From a virus (lineage: Duplodnaviria > Caudoviricetes), in IMG/VR virus record IMGVR_UViG_3300021426_000063, positions 64,001-128,000 of that record: DNA of 64,000 nt; one strand, 5' to 3'. Positions 40,882-50,373 of the stretch are shown here, piece by piece. The notes beneath the pieces were generated by a model. The model did no database searches and was not told the origin of the DNA. It saw nothing but the letters and a program-made list of their open reading frames with translations. Positions within the stretch are counted from its first letter, which is position 1. Every line of letters begins with the position of its first letter. Made by a program: the position numbers and the translations under genes.

Positions 40882-41514
40882 ATGATTAAGATAGGAATAG
40901 ATTACAGTCTCATATCCCCGGCGATATGTGTTTATAAAGATGGAGAGTATTCTTTCATCTCCTTCTTTGATGATTATGGTAAGAACTGGAAGGCTGGTAA
41001 GATAAAAGCATTCAACTATCATAAGGAACTCTCTGAATTTATGGAGATGAATCCTTATACAAGACATATTGAAAAGAAAGATTACAGGGAAGAGCAGAAG
41101 ACAAAGATGGCTGCTGCGAAGATGATCGCACATAAAATCTCCAACAGATTGGTTGAAATTGTTGGTGATGAAGAGGTCATCATTGGACTTGAAGGATTCT
41201 CTTATGGAAGTATCTCTTCATCTACACTGGACTTGGCACTGTTCAACTCATTCCTCAGAATTAAACTTCTGGAGGACTTTGGTGAGGATTGTCTTGTCAT
41301 CATCTCTCCAACTGAAGGTAAGAAAAACCTTTCTGGTAAGGGTAATGCCAAGAAGGAAGATATGATCCAGGCTTTCATTGAGAACAGAACCAATGACCCT
41401 GACATTGAAAGATGTCCTTTCTGGAAGTACTGTAAAGAAAATGAATTAGATTATAAAAACATAAAACCTATTGATGACCTTGTGGATTCATATGGTATAT
41501 TGAGAAGCATATGA
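40882..41514 (+). CDS. RuvC-like Holliday junction resolvase
   Basis: IGIDYS, LEGFSYG, GKGNAKKEDM, DDLVDS. Confidence 0.8.
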   Translation: MIKIGIDYSLISPAICVYKDGEYSFISFFDDYGKNWKAGKIKAFNYHKELSEFMEMNPYTRHIEKKDYREEQKTKMAAAKMIAHKISNRLVEIVGDEEVIIGLEGFSYGSISSSTLDLALFNSFLRIKLLEDFGEDCLVIISPTEGKKNLSGKGNAKKEDMIQAFIENRTNDPDIERCPFWKYCKENELDYKNIKPIDDLVDSYGILRSI

Positions 41515-42005
41515 AAAAGTTAAGTAAAATAGATGAATCTGCCTGGGGTGATATGATGAGAAGAGGCTCAGGTGAAACTGTAAGGGAGGAAGATAAGTTC
41601 AATCCTGATTATGTTGACTTTGGTGAAAACACAACAGTCTATTGGGCAATTGATAATCTTGAGATTGATGGTGAGGTGAAATTTTATTTTAATGATGTAA
41701 AGGATTACAACAACAATGGTTGGAGACTTCCTACTGTTGATGAAGTGAATCAATTGAAATGGAATATAAGGATTTCTTGGTATGATGGTTGTAAACATCT
41801 GAGATTTAATGATGGAAATGAATTAAGACTCAATATCAATGGGAGTGGGGGATTCCATATGTGGACAAAAGAAATTAATCCTAAATTTCCAACAGGAGCA
41901 TTTTCATATGGATTTGATAATATGGATAATTTCAATATCAGTAGTTTCAACATATCCATCAACAAACTCTTTGTTTTCCTTGTAAAAGATAAAAAACTTA
42001 TTTAA
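41511..42005 (+). CDS. SAWG-tag protein, DUF1566-like payload
   Basis: Tag; YVDFG, YWA, GWRLPT..E, MWT, VFLVKD. Confidence 0.8.
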   Translation: MKKLSKIDESAWGDMMRRGSGETVREEDKFNPDYVDFGENTTVYWAIDNLEIDGEVKFYFNDVKDYNNNGWRLPTVDEVNQLKWNIRISWYDGCKHLRFNDGNELRLNINGSGGFHMWTKEINPKFPTGAFSYGFDNMDNFNISSFNISINKLFVFLVKDKKLI

Positions 42006-42008
42006 GAA

Positions 42009-42584
42009 ATGAAAAAGTTAAGTAAAATAGATGAATCCGCCTGGGGTGATATGATGAAAAGAGGTTCTGGTGAGATTGTAAGGAAGGAAGATGATCTCAC
42101 AAACATAAAATCCCTGAAACCACTTGATATGGGAGGATCTGTTTTGTGGGCAGATGATGACCTTTCATTAAAAGATGAAGATGACTGTTATTTTACATTT
42201 GATGAAGCATTTGAACTTATTAAAAACAGTGATTGGAGACTCCCAACACTTGAAGAAGTTGCAGAACTTGATGATATTTATATAAAAGGTTCATTCTGGG
42301 AAAATGATGATAGATTTGTATTTGATGGATTTCCACATCAATTAGTATTCTTCAAGAAAGGTTTAATATATACATCTGCAAGTGATAAACCTATAGATGA
42401 AGATTATTATTATTGTTGGACATCATCTCTTTCTCCAAATAATAGTAAATATGCAAATATATTTACTTTTAATAATGGTATACCTTGTCACACACCATTA
42501 AATGATCAACATAATGTCAATAATAGTGTAACACAAGATACAACTAATGGTAAACTCTGTGTAAGATTAGTAAAAGATAAATGA
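42009..42584 (+). CDS. SAWG-tag protein, DUF1566-like payload
   Basis: Tag; DMGGSVLWAD, WRLPTLEE, CWTSS, VRLVKD. Confidence 0.8.
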   Translation: MKKLSKIDESAWGDMMKRGSGEIVRKEDDLTNIKSLKPLDMGGSVLWADDDLSLKDEDDCYFTFDEAFELIKNSDWRLPTLEEVAELDDIYIKGSFWENDDRFVFDGFPHQLVFFKKGLIYTSASDKPIDEDYYYCWTSSLSPNNSKYANIFTFNNGIPCHTPLNDQHNVNNSVTQDTTNGKLCVRLVKDK

Positions 42585-42585
42585 T

Positions 42586-43134
42586 ATGAAGAAGTTAAGT
42601 AAAATAGATGAATCCGCCTGGGGTGATATGATGAGGCGAGGTTCCGGTGAAGACATCAGAAAGGAAGATGATTTAACAAATCTTAAAGAAATTGTTCCAA
42701 TTGATATGGGTGTGTCTGTCCTTTGGGCAGATAGAGACCTGGAGTACAAAATTGATGATACCTGTTATTTAACATATGAAGATGCTGAAAGTATTTTCAA
42801 AAATACAGGATGGAGATTTCCAACAAAGGAAGAGACATTAGAACTTTTTAAGTATACCAGAATTATGAAAAACACAGATAATGTGTGTATTCTCGAAGGA
42901 GACTTTGATGGAGGACCACAACTTATATTTAATAAAAATGGTTATAAACTTGGAAATTCTGACCAATTATTTAAAGAATATTGTTATTGTTGTTGGACAT
43001 CTACAGAATACAAACCTTCTCCAGAAGCATATTATATGATGAACATCCAACAATATCAAAGTCATATTCCTATGCATAAAGAAAATAGAGTACCTGCCAG
43101 ACTGGTTAAAGACAAAGAAAAAAGAGAGGATTAA
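42586..43134 (+). CDS. SAWG-tag protein, DUF1566-like payload
   Basis: Tag; DMGVSVLWAD, GWRFPTKEE, CWTST, ARLVKD. Confidence 0.8.
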   Translation: MKKLSKIDESAWGDMMRRGSGEDIRKEDDLTNLKEIVPIDMGVSVLWADRDLEYKIDDTCYLTYEDAESIFKNTGWRFPTKEETLELFKYTRIMKNTDNVCILEGDFDGGPQLIFNKNGYKLGNSDQLFKEYCYCCWTSTEYKPSPEAYYMMNIQQYQSHIPMHKENRVPARLVKDKEKRED

Positions 43135-43146
43135 ATCCTCTCTTTT
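43119..43146. terminator. Bidirectional terminator
   Basis: AAAAGAGAGGAT-TAA-ATCCTCTCTTTT. Confidence 0.8.
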
Positions 43147-43166
43147 GTTTAATGTGATGTCCAGGT

Positions 43167-44024
43167 TTATGCAAAGCGGACAGGAGTAAGAACCACATAG
43201 GTCTTGGTACCCTTTGCATCCACAGAGATGAACTTAATCTTGTTGCTGTGGAACTCAATGTCATAGTGTTCATCTGAATCAATCCAGACAAAGTATGACT
43301 TGTTGAAGCAGCGGAGGTAAGGTTCCTCACTCTGACTTTCAAGATTCTCATAAGTGAGTTTCTTGGTATAAAGCTTGTCAAAAGCATCAAACTCAAGAAT
43401 CTTACAATCATCAAGGAAACCATTAACAGTCTCACGGACATTCTCATCAGTACTCTCAATTTCAGAGACAAGTACCACATCACCACTGATGGAGAAGAAT
43501 ACTCTACAAGACTCCTTATTAAGAGCAAAGAGCTGTGAGAGATACTTGAACTCATTCTCTGAAATACCAACCTTATATTCAAGGGTAGAATTATCCTCAA
43601 AGATGGTATGACGGGCATGTTCAGGAATCTCCAGGAATGCAAGTGCCTCCTTGTCAGCAGCTGGAACAGTAAGGTTAACCTCTACATTGGCAACAACCAC
43701 CTTCTTTGCATAACCATTATCCTCAATGTAGAATGTTACATCCACACCCTCTGTACCAACAAGACCAAGTACAGAAATGAGTTTGCCTGCATTGGTGAAC
43801 TGAATCTTGACAAGTTCATCTTCAAGTTCATTCACAAAACTCTCACAATACTGATTAAGGTCAGCAGTGATGGACTTCAATGCAGATTTGTTCTTATTGT
43901 AGGCAGTTGATTCAAACTGACTACCTCTCACATTGATAAAAATGAAGTTATCCAGTGAACTAGATTTCTTAAACAGTGATATCACCTCACGAGTATCACA
44001 ATTCTTTAAAATGATTTTCTTCAT
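43167..44024 (-). CDS. Putative sliding clamp (T4 gp45-like)
   Basis: 285 aa, acidic alpha/beta pattern, near the polymerase, middle-type promoter; no diagnostic motif. Confidence 0.5.
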   Translation of the reverse strand: MKKIILKNCDTREVISLFKKSSSLDNFIFINVRGSQFESTAYNKNKSALKSITADLNQYCESFVNELEDELVKIQFTNAGKLISVLGLVGTEGVDVTFYIEDNGYAKKVVVANVEVNLTVPAADKEALAFLEIPEHARHTIFEDNSTLEYKVGISENEFKYLSQLFALNKESCRVFFSISGDVVLVSEIESTDENVRETVNGFLDDCKILEFDAFDKLYTKKLTYENLESQSEEPYLRCFNKSYFVWIDSDEHYDIEFHSNKIKFISVDAKGTKTYVVLTPVRFA

Positions 44025-44074
44025 ACTATTTAACTATTAGAATTTTCTATACACTAAATATAACAAATAAATTC

Positions 44075-45274
44075 TTATTTTTTATTCCAATCTATATCTT
44101 TTAACCATTTATTTTTCCTTGCTATTTCATATAAATATGAATAATTATCTCTGAATTCTTTTATTGAATCATACTGTTTAACAATTTCTAAAACATTTTC
44201 TTTATTCCATTTCTTACCAGTTTTTGATTCTTCTAACCAAGGCATCTGATTAAAAAGATTATTTCTTCTTACATATGCATATCCACAAGGACATTTTAAT
44301 CTAAACTCATTTCTTGTTTTATATTGTTTAGATTCATTAATTACCATATCATCTGTCCACATAATATGTTTTGGTTTTAACCAGGTCATCTCATCTAACC
44401 AACCATTTTTCAATGAAATATCATATGCAGTTCCATTGCCAAGATAAAATTCTCTTCTACTATTATATTTTTTAGATTCATTAATAACCATATCCTTATT
44501 CCAATATTTAAGTTTTGGTTTTAACCAGGTCATCTCATCTAATAATTTATATTTCAGAGCACAAGTATATGCTGTTGATGAATTCTTTTTGAAATCATTT
44601 TTATTATCATATTTTTTAGATTCATTTATCACAGCATCTTTTGTCCATTTATTAGATTTACCTCCAATAGAACTAGAGAATTCACCAGTCTTTGCAACAT
44701 TTAACAAATGATATCCCATATTCTCATATGTTTTACTCCATTCATTTTCTTTTATCTTTGCATCATTAACTGATAAATTTTCTTCAAGATAAATTGGTTC
44801 TGGAACATTTTTACACATATTTGTAAAATATTTAAAAACACTTGTTTGACAAATATGATTTTTATATATACCTGTCTTATGTGTATTATGTCTTGTTATT
44901 TTATCTCTTGTTAATCCAACATATGCAACTTTATTATCATCATCAATATAAACATATATTGAATATGGATACTTCATATCTTTTTCTTTTAACCAGGTTA
45001 ATTCTTTCAACCAACCATTTTTTCTTGCTGATTCATATGCACAAAAAGAATGTTTTCTGAAATCACTTATATATTCATATTTTTTAGATTCATTAAAAAC
45101 ATTTTCCTTGTTCCATTTATGTAGTTTATATTTTAACCAAGTAAATTCTTTCAACCAACCATTATCCTTTGATATTTTATAAAGACCTCCATAGTCTTTT
45201 CTCAAATCATTAAAATACTCATATTTTTGAGCAATTTCAATTACCTTTTCTTTTGTCCATTTATTGTATTTCAT
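44075..45274 (-). CDS. Free-standing GIY-YIG endonuclease with six repeats of about 48 aa
   Basis: SIYVY...AYVGLT...R...H; repeats KW(T/N)K..V..ESKKY...F...AY..A...WL.E.TWL; markedly AT-rich. Confidence 0.8.
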   Translation of the reverse strand: MKYNKWTKEKVIEIAQKYEYFNDLRKDYGGLYKISKDNGWLKEFTWLKYKLHKWNKENVFNESKKYEYISDFRKHSFCAYESARKNGWLKELTWLKEKDMKYPYSIYVYIDDDNKVAYVGLTRDKITRHNTHKTGIYKNHICQTSVFKYFTNMCKNVPEPIYLEENLSVNDAKIKENEWSKTYENMGYHLLNVAKTGEFSSSIGGKSNKWTKDAVINESKKYDNKNDFKKNSSTAYTCALKYKLLDEMTWLKPKLKYWNKDMVINESKKYNSRREFYLGNGTAYDISLKNGWLDEMTWLKPKHIMWTDDMVINESKQYKTRNEFRLKCPCGYAYVRRNNLFNQMPWLEESKTGKKWNKENVLEIVKQYDSIKEFRDNYSYLYEIARKNKWLKDIDWNKK

Positions 45275-45337
45275 AAATTCAACTCATTATATAATATTTA
45301 TGAAAATTGTTTTGACAAAATAATCTTTATTGACTTT

Positions 45338-46102
45338 TTAAAATAGAGACAATTCTTCTGGTTTACCATCAAATCTCTCCATTTCATCCAATAACCAATC
45401 CATCACCTTTGCTGGTGTATCAGAATAAGGAATACACATTGTTACACCATCCATCTGGAATAGATTATATGAAATGATATTTGCAAATTCTTCCATCATC
45501 TGGGTTGGTATTGATTTCTTGAATCTGTCTTCAAACCAGTCAATCACATCATATAAGACATTCTCCCTGGCAAGAAGAAGTGAATCACCCTGCCACTCAT
45601 AACCATAGACTGCCTGTAATGCATAAATGGTACACACTCTCCAAGTCTCTAAATCAGTTGTGGTAGGAATACTGTTTATTCTTCTCATCTTCCTATCCAG
45701 AAGTCCCTGTCTTTCTGACAATGGAATCATCTTCCCGGTTGATACATCATACCTTGAAACAAGATAAGGTGCTTCTCCACAGGTGACTTCAAGAACCTTC
45801 CTCCTGATATATGTCTCATTAAGTGGTTCATCTGTATCAACAGAATCATTCATCTTCTTGATGATTTCAATAGGAGTATAAACCTCAGCCTTGGAATCAG
45901 TCCTGGATTTCTGGTCTTCCTGGGATTTCAGTACTCTTGGTTTAATCACATCACCTGAAAGAATCTGATTAATCTCAATATGAGACTTGGGATCAAAACC
46001 ATACTGGTCAGTTCCCCAAAGGATATTCTGACCAGTGGTTCTGTCTTTCAAGAGAATTTCCAAGATATTTCTTGGTATACTGAATTCTTTAATGTCTATC
46101 AT
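45338..46102 (-). CDS. Restriction-modification M-subunit-like protein (SAM-binding half)
   Basis: LLKDRTT, AEVYTP, LEVTCGEAPY, YGYEWQGD, ARENV; no NPPY/DPPY motif. Confidence 0.7.
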   Translation of the reverse strand: MIDIKEFSIPRNILEILLKDRTTGQNILWGTDQYGFDPKSHIEINQILSGDVIKPRVLKSQEDQKSRTDSKAEVYTPIEIIKKMNDSVDTDEPLNETYIRRKVLEVTCGEAPYLVSRYDVSTGKMIPLSERQGLLDRKMRRINSIPTTTDLETWRVCTIYALQAVYGYEWQGDSLLLARENVLYDVIDWFEDRFKKSIPTQMMEEFANIISYNLFQMDGVTMCIPYSDTPAKVMDWLLDEMERFDGKPEELSLF

Positions 46103-46122
46103 ACTTCAAATATAACAAATAA

Positions 46123-49053
46123 TTACCACAATCCAGCCTCTGTTGTCATAGAAATATCAATAGCAGGATAACCCATTGCCTCAACAATTCTATTGACAGG
46201 ACTCAATATGAGAAGGTCAAACATCTTGTTCTTGTCAATCTCCAAGTTAGATGCCATATCCATAGGGAACATACCAGCAGGATAACTGAATGCTTCACAC
46301 TTCTGAAGACTCATAATGTCTGTGTAGACATCAATATTACCCTTTCTTGTTTCTTTTGCATCACTGATAAGTTTATACATATCAGGATTCTTGATATATT
46401 CACTCACAGGAATCTGTGCTTCCTTCTTCCAGTACTTATACCTTTCAGTAGGTTTCACATAAAGTACACAGAGTTTATCTGCATCAAAGAGTACTGAATA
46501 TCTCTTCTTGAACTTCTCATTATTATTGAGGATGTAGTTATAGAGTGCAGCCCCCTGAACTGTAATCATCGCCTTTTGATTCATCTCAATGGTGTCAGTA
46601 TCACTCAACACATACTCACTGTACTTGTTCATACCCTTGTTGACACTGATGGTCTCTGGACTCTGCAACATAAACTGTTTCTTAATACCTGCAAGTTTCT
46701 TCACAAAACTGTCAAGTACAAATTCCTCCTGCTGGAAAATCCACTTCACCAGATCAATCAACTGGTTCTTCACCCATTGTGATGAACTTGTTTGCGCAAT
46801 CTCAACACCAGTGGCCTTGATTTTACTGCAAGGTTCATAGTACACATTAGGTTCTGCCCAGGTCATATTCTTGATGTACTTCTTCTTGGCCAACCAGATA
46901 CCTGCTTCATTGTATGCCTCCAACTCAAAGTCAAGGAGAGCAGGTGTACCATTCTTGGCAGCATAGTCCTCATGAATCTTCTTCAGATAATCAGACATAA
47001 ACACCCTGTTGATGGTAAGACAGAACTCTCTACCAGATGGTTCAATGGTGTCTATATGCCATTCATACTTTGAAGTATCAATAGAATCTACATCAAAATA
47101 CTTCCTTGCATCATCCTCTGTCGGATATCCACCAGTTGATACATACACAAACTCCTTCTGGTCATTCTGCTTGTTTATCTTTGTCAATCTCCATACATCA
47201 TGCTGGAACCAGTCAGTCACCTTGATGATGTCCTCATAAGAGGTGTAGATGGAATCAGTATCAATGTACCTGGTGATTGGCTTGATTTCCTTGTTGGGGT
47301 CAGTGATTTTAATACCCATAGCAAGGTGTGTCTTAGTATCCCTCTGCCAGATTTTTGCAGCCCACAGATTGATAAGTCTTTCTGCATTAAGGATGGCATT
47401 CTTACCCTGCTTGGTAACAGCCTCTGCAATGGTAGGATTATAGAAGTAGAATCCAGAGAATCCGAATGCACCATAGATACCATTAATAACCACCTTTGTA
47501 CCAAGCTGGAAGTTGTTGTAGATGTCTGCCTGTACCTGGCAGTAAGACATAATCTCATCCACCTCACTTGCCTTTCTGCCGGCAAAGTCATTCTTATTCA
47601 GATAATCCTCAATCTCCTCTGGTGCAGCATTATCATGCTTGAGGTCTTTCAGGTCATAGTAAATCTGTGTGAACTTAAATGAGGTTTTCTTATATGCCTT
47701 TCTCTTGAAGTAAAGGTCTGTGATAATCTTCTTCAAGTGACCATCCTCCTTCTGGAAGACTGCACCAGATGCACAAACTATGTAACCCTTTTCTCTCCAC
47801 TCCTGTTTGAGTGCCTCATCATTTTCAGGAAGAAGTGTAACCAGTGTTTCAGGACCAATATTGAACTGTCTCATCAATGTAGGATACAGTGATGCATAGT
47901 CATTACAAGTACAATACTTATGAAGTCCTGGGATAGGTTGCTTTACGAATGCACCCTCATACTTCTCACCCTCTTTCTTCTTTGCAAATGGGTCAATACC
48001 CAATACCTTACCATCACCCTTGAAGGAAGACCTCAACAGGTTCTCTGGAATATAAGTTGTAGAGAAGCAATCCATTGCCTTAATCCTACCCAACCAGGCA
48101 GTAGTCAGTCCACAGGTCAGTGCATTACAGGCCTCATGGATAAGTTTTACCAAGCAACAGTCAATGGCATTATAATAGACATACTTCTCAAAGTTATTGT
48201 GAAGCATATCATCAAGGGATTCAGAATGCTGAACCTTCTTAATCTTACACAACTTCTCACCAATGGTATCCAGTCTGTAATTCTCATTGGAGTTCCAGGT
48301 CCACTTCTTGTATGCTTTGAGATAGTCAATGATACCAACATGGGCCGGTCTATCAATCTGACCAGTGAGAATCCTGGAAGGTGATGCCAATGAAGGGTCA
48401 ATACCCAACATCTTTGCCCTGTTATAGAGATACCTCCAGTCATAATCCTCAAAGTTCCAACCTGTCATCATTGCCATCTTTGGAATGAAGGTGGAGAAGA
48501 AGAAATACAACAAGTCATATTCAGAAGGGAAATATCTGAACACAAACTTGAAGTGTCTGTTCACCTGCTTGAAGTGTTCATCAATCCTTTCCTGGATACT
48601 GTTCTTCTGTTTCTCTGTGAGGTCATAACCACCAGACATCACCATCACAGTGTCATTAGGACAACATACACCTATGACTGTGACAGGCTTATCAGGTTTT
48701 TCTGGGTTTGGTTTACCCTCCTGAGTCTCATTTTCAATATCAATAAAGAATAAATCTGGAAGATTATAAGAAAAAATCTGTTCTTTCAACACATCAGGTA
48801 ATGCATCAAGGAGTTCATACTGCCTGTACCTGTTCAGTTTCTCCCTTTGTGGGTCAACCCTGTGTTTGTAAACTGGTCTTCCATTCCAGTTGTGTGCATT
48901 CTTGACCTTCAGATCGGTCTTGTCTTTTGGATTAGTAACCCAGATATACTGTTCATCATCTGGGATTTTGATGACCTCGATGTGGGTCTTTCCATCAGGT
49001 CCCCAATAGGATACCTGTAGATTGTTTTTGTCTTGAATAATATCTAATAACAT
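46123..49053 (-). CDS. Family B DNA polymerase (T4 gp43-like)
   Basis: DIE and GWNFEDYD exonuclease motifs, YNAID, DYASLYP, KVVINGIYG, YIDTDS, KKKY. Confidence 0.96.
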   Translation of the reverse strand: MLLDIIQDKNNLQVSYWGPDGKTHIEVIKIPDDEQYIWVTNPKDKTDLKVKNAHNWNGRPVYKHRVDPQREKLNRYRQYELLDALPDVLKEQIFSYNLPDLFFIDIENETQEGKPNPEKPDKPVTVIGVCCPNDTVMVMSGGYDLTEKQKNSIQERIDEHFKQVNRHFKFVFRYFPSEYDLLYFFFSTFIPKMAMMTGWNFEDYDWRYLYNRAKMLGIDPSLASPSRILTGQIDRPAHVGIIDYLKAYKKWTWNSNENYRLDTIGEKLCKIKKVQHSESLDDMLHNNFEKYVYYNAIDCCLVKLIHEACNALTCGLTTAWLGRIKAMDCFSTTYIPENLLRSSFKGDGKVLGIDPFAKKKEGEKYEGAFVKQPIPGLHKYCTCNDYASLYPTLMRQFNIGPETLVTLLPENDEALKQEWREKGYIVCASGAVFQKEDGHLKKIITDLYFKRKAYKKTSFKFTQIYYDLKDLKHDNAAPEEIEDYLNKNDFAGRKASEVDEIMSYCQVQADIYNNFQLGTKVVINGIYGAFGFSGFYFYNPTIAEAVTKQGKNAILNAERLINLWAAKIWQRDTKTHLAMGIKITDPNKEIKPITRYIDTDSIYTSYEDIIKVTDWFQHDVWRLTKINKQNDQKEFVYVSTGGYPTEDDARKYFDVDSIDTSKYEWHIDTIEPSGREFCLTINRVFMSDYLKKIHEDYAAKNGTPALLDFELEAYNEAGIWLAKKKYIKNMTWAEPNVYYEPCSKIKATGVEIAQTSSSQWVKNQLIDLVKWIFQQEEFVLDSFVKKLAGIKKQFMLQSPETISVNKGMNKYSEYVLSDTDTIEMNQKAMITVQGAALYNYILNNNEKFKKRYSVLFDADKLCVLYVKPTERYKYWKKEAQIPVSEYIKNPDMYKLISDAKETRKGNIDVYTDIMSLQKCEAFSYPAGMFPMDMASNLEIDKNKMFDLLILSPVNRIVEAMGYPAIDISMTTEAGLW

Positions 49054-49171
49054 AACTAAAAAATTTAATATATCCAGTTTAGAAGCTGGACTTCATTCAA
49101 TAAAAAATATAACAAAAAGAGTTTATAAATATTTTGTTATTTTTAGTATATAAAATGAAGTCTAATTAAAG

Positions 49172-49756
49172 ATGTTAGGAAAGAATGATGTTGTAGATTT
49201 TGACAATTCTCCAATTGACGATGATGAAGACATAGCAGTTGATAAAAGAGACTTCCTTGATGATAATGGTGTCAATATATTCTCCAAGAAATCTGGTGAA
49301 AAGACTGTTGAAGAGAGAATCAAGACTTCCAGGTCTTTGAAAATCAAAAACAACAAATGGAACCAGGTTGATTACACAGAAGATTTTTCAAATGAGAAAA
49401 TCACCATTGACCCACACAGTTACCAGTACAAATCTTCTTATGAGGATGTTGAGTTTGAAAAGACCTTCCAGAAGATTATTGAGAACTCAAAGTATAAGGA
49501 ACTTCTTCTTGGTGAGGATAGAGTATCAATAACTTACCAGACTGTGAATGACATTATCATTTATTGTTATCCAAAGATGAAGCAGGATTATACAATGGCA
49601 CAACTCTTTGTCCTTGTATGTGAGTACTGCGGAGTTGGTCTTCAAGCGATGTGGAAGAGATTAAGTACATATCTTCAAATTCAAATACTGGAAGATTTGA
49701 AAGAAGTAAGTAAGTTACCTAATGAAATACTTAATAACAATGTAAAATTATTTTAA
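49172..49756 (+). CDS. Hypothetical protein
   Basis: 194-aa ORF behind a middle-type motif. Confidence 0.7.
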   Translation: MLGKNDVVDFDNSPIDDDEDIAVDKRDFLDDNGVNIFSKKSGEKTVEERIKTSRSLKIKNNKWNQVDYTEDFSNEKITIDPHSYQYKSSYEDVEFEKTFQKIIENSKYKELLLGEDRVSITYQTVNDIIIYCYPKMKQDYTMAQLFVLVCEYCGVGLQAMWKRLSTYLQIQILEDLKEVSKLPNEILNNNVKLF

Positions 49757-49758
49757 TT

Positions 49759-50370
49759 ATGTTGTATATACCAAAAGGAAAAAGAAAACAAATTGCAACC
49801 AAAGACATTATCAGTTATAGGTTGTTCATACTTGATAATCATTCAAATCTCATAACCATTCCTGGTTGTAAAGAAGAGAACTGTGAGATTATGAACACAT
49901 TCACAGATTATATATATGAACCCAAATGGAAAAGTGAAAAAACATCAACACATACATATCATTTGGATAATGATATGTTAGTTGACCACTACTTTTATGG
50001 GAGAAATATTACAGGCGGTTACTATTCTTTTGAAACAATTGAAAATATTGAAAGATTCTGGTATCATATTCTTCCATCTGAATTTGGAGATGAACCAGGA
50101 CACAAAGGTTTAGTCATTGTAAAATGTATAATTCCAAGAGGAACAGAATATTATAAAGGTTCTATTAATTCATCATCTGAAGGTGACTCCTATTTTTCTG
50201 GATATATCTCTAAAAAATTGAGAATAGATGGAATTGTTAAAGTATTAAACAAAGAAGAAAAAGAAAGAATAGATAATAAAATTAAACCATTACAAGATGC
50301 TTGGTTGGAAAAATACAATAATGAAATTGTACCAAAGTTAAAAGAAAAAATAATCAATAAATGTAATTAA
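49759..50370 (+). CDS. Hypothetical protein
   Basis: 203 aa; VKCIIPRGTEYYKG; AT-rich. Confidence 0.7.
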   Translation: MLYIPKGKRKQIATKDIISYRLFILDNHSNLITIPGCKEENCEIMNTFTDYIYEPKWKSEKTSTHTYHLDNDMLVDHYFYGRNITGGYYSFETIENIERFWYHILPSEFGDEPGHKGLVIVKCIIPRGTEYYKGSINSSSEGDSYFSGYISKKLRIDGIVKVLNKEEKERIDNKIKPLQDAWLEKYNNEIVPKLKEKIINKCN

Positions 50371-50373
50371 ATT

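Larger units (their letters stand above)
39602..42651 (+). repeat. Five 42-bp tag repeats (39602-39643, 40379-40420, 41535-41576, 42033-42074, 42610-42651)
   Basis: Same tag; four copies share the gene start ATGAARAARTTAAGTAAAATAGATGAATC. Confidence 0.95.

Noticed and set aside
34349-42651. CRISPR array interpretation of the 42-bp repeats
   Set aside because: Spacing is hundreds of bp and irregular, the repeats are in frame with synonymous variation, and no cas genes are present
40379-43134. Diversity-generating retroelement targeting the lectin-like genes
   Set aside because: No reverse transcriptase and no template/variable repeat pair with adenine-specific mismatches seen in the window
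44075-45274. VINES motifs as prohead-protease sites
   Set aside because: They are part of the endonuclease's repeat unit, which shows that x-NE-S alone is weak evidence
46123-49053. Intein or intron in the DNA polymerase
   Set aside because: Insertions are short, lack C...HN intein ends and LAGLIDADG motifs, and the frame is continuous
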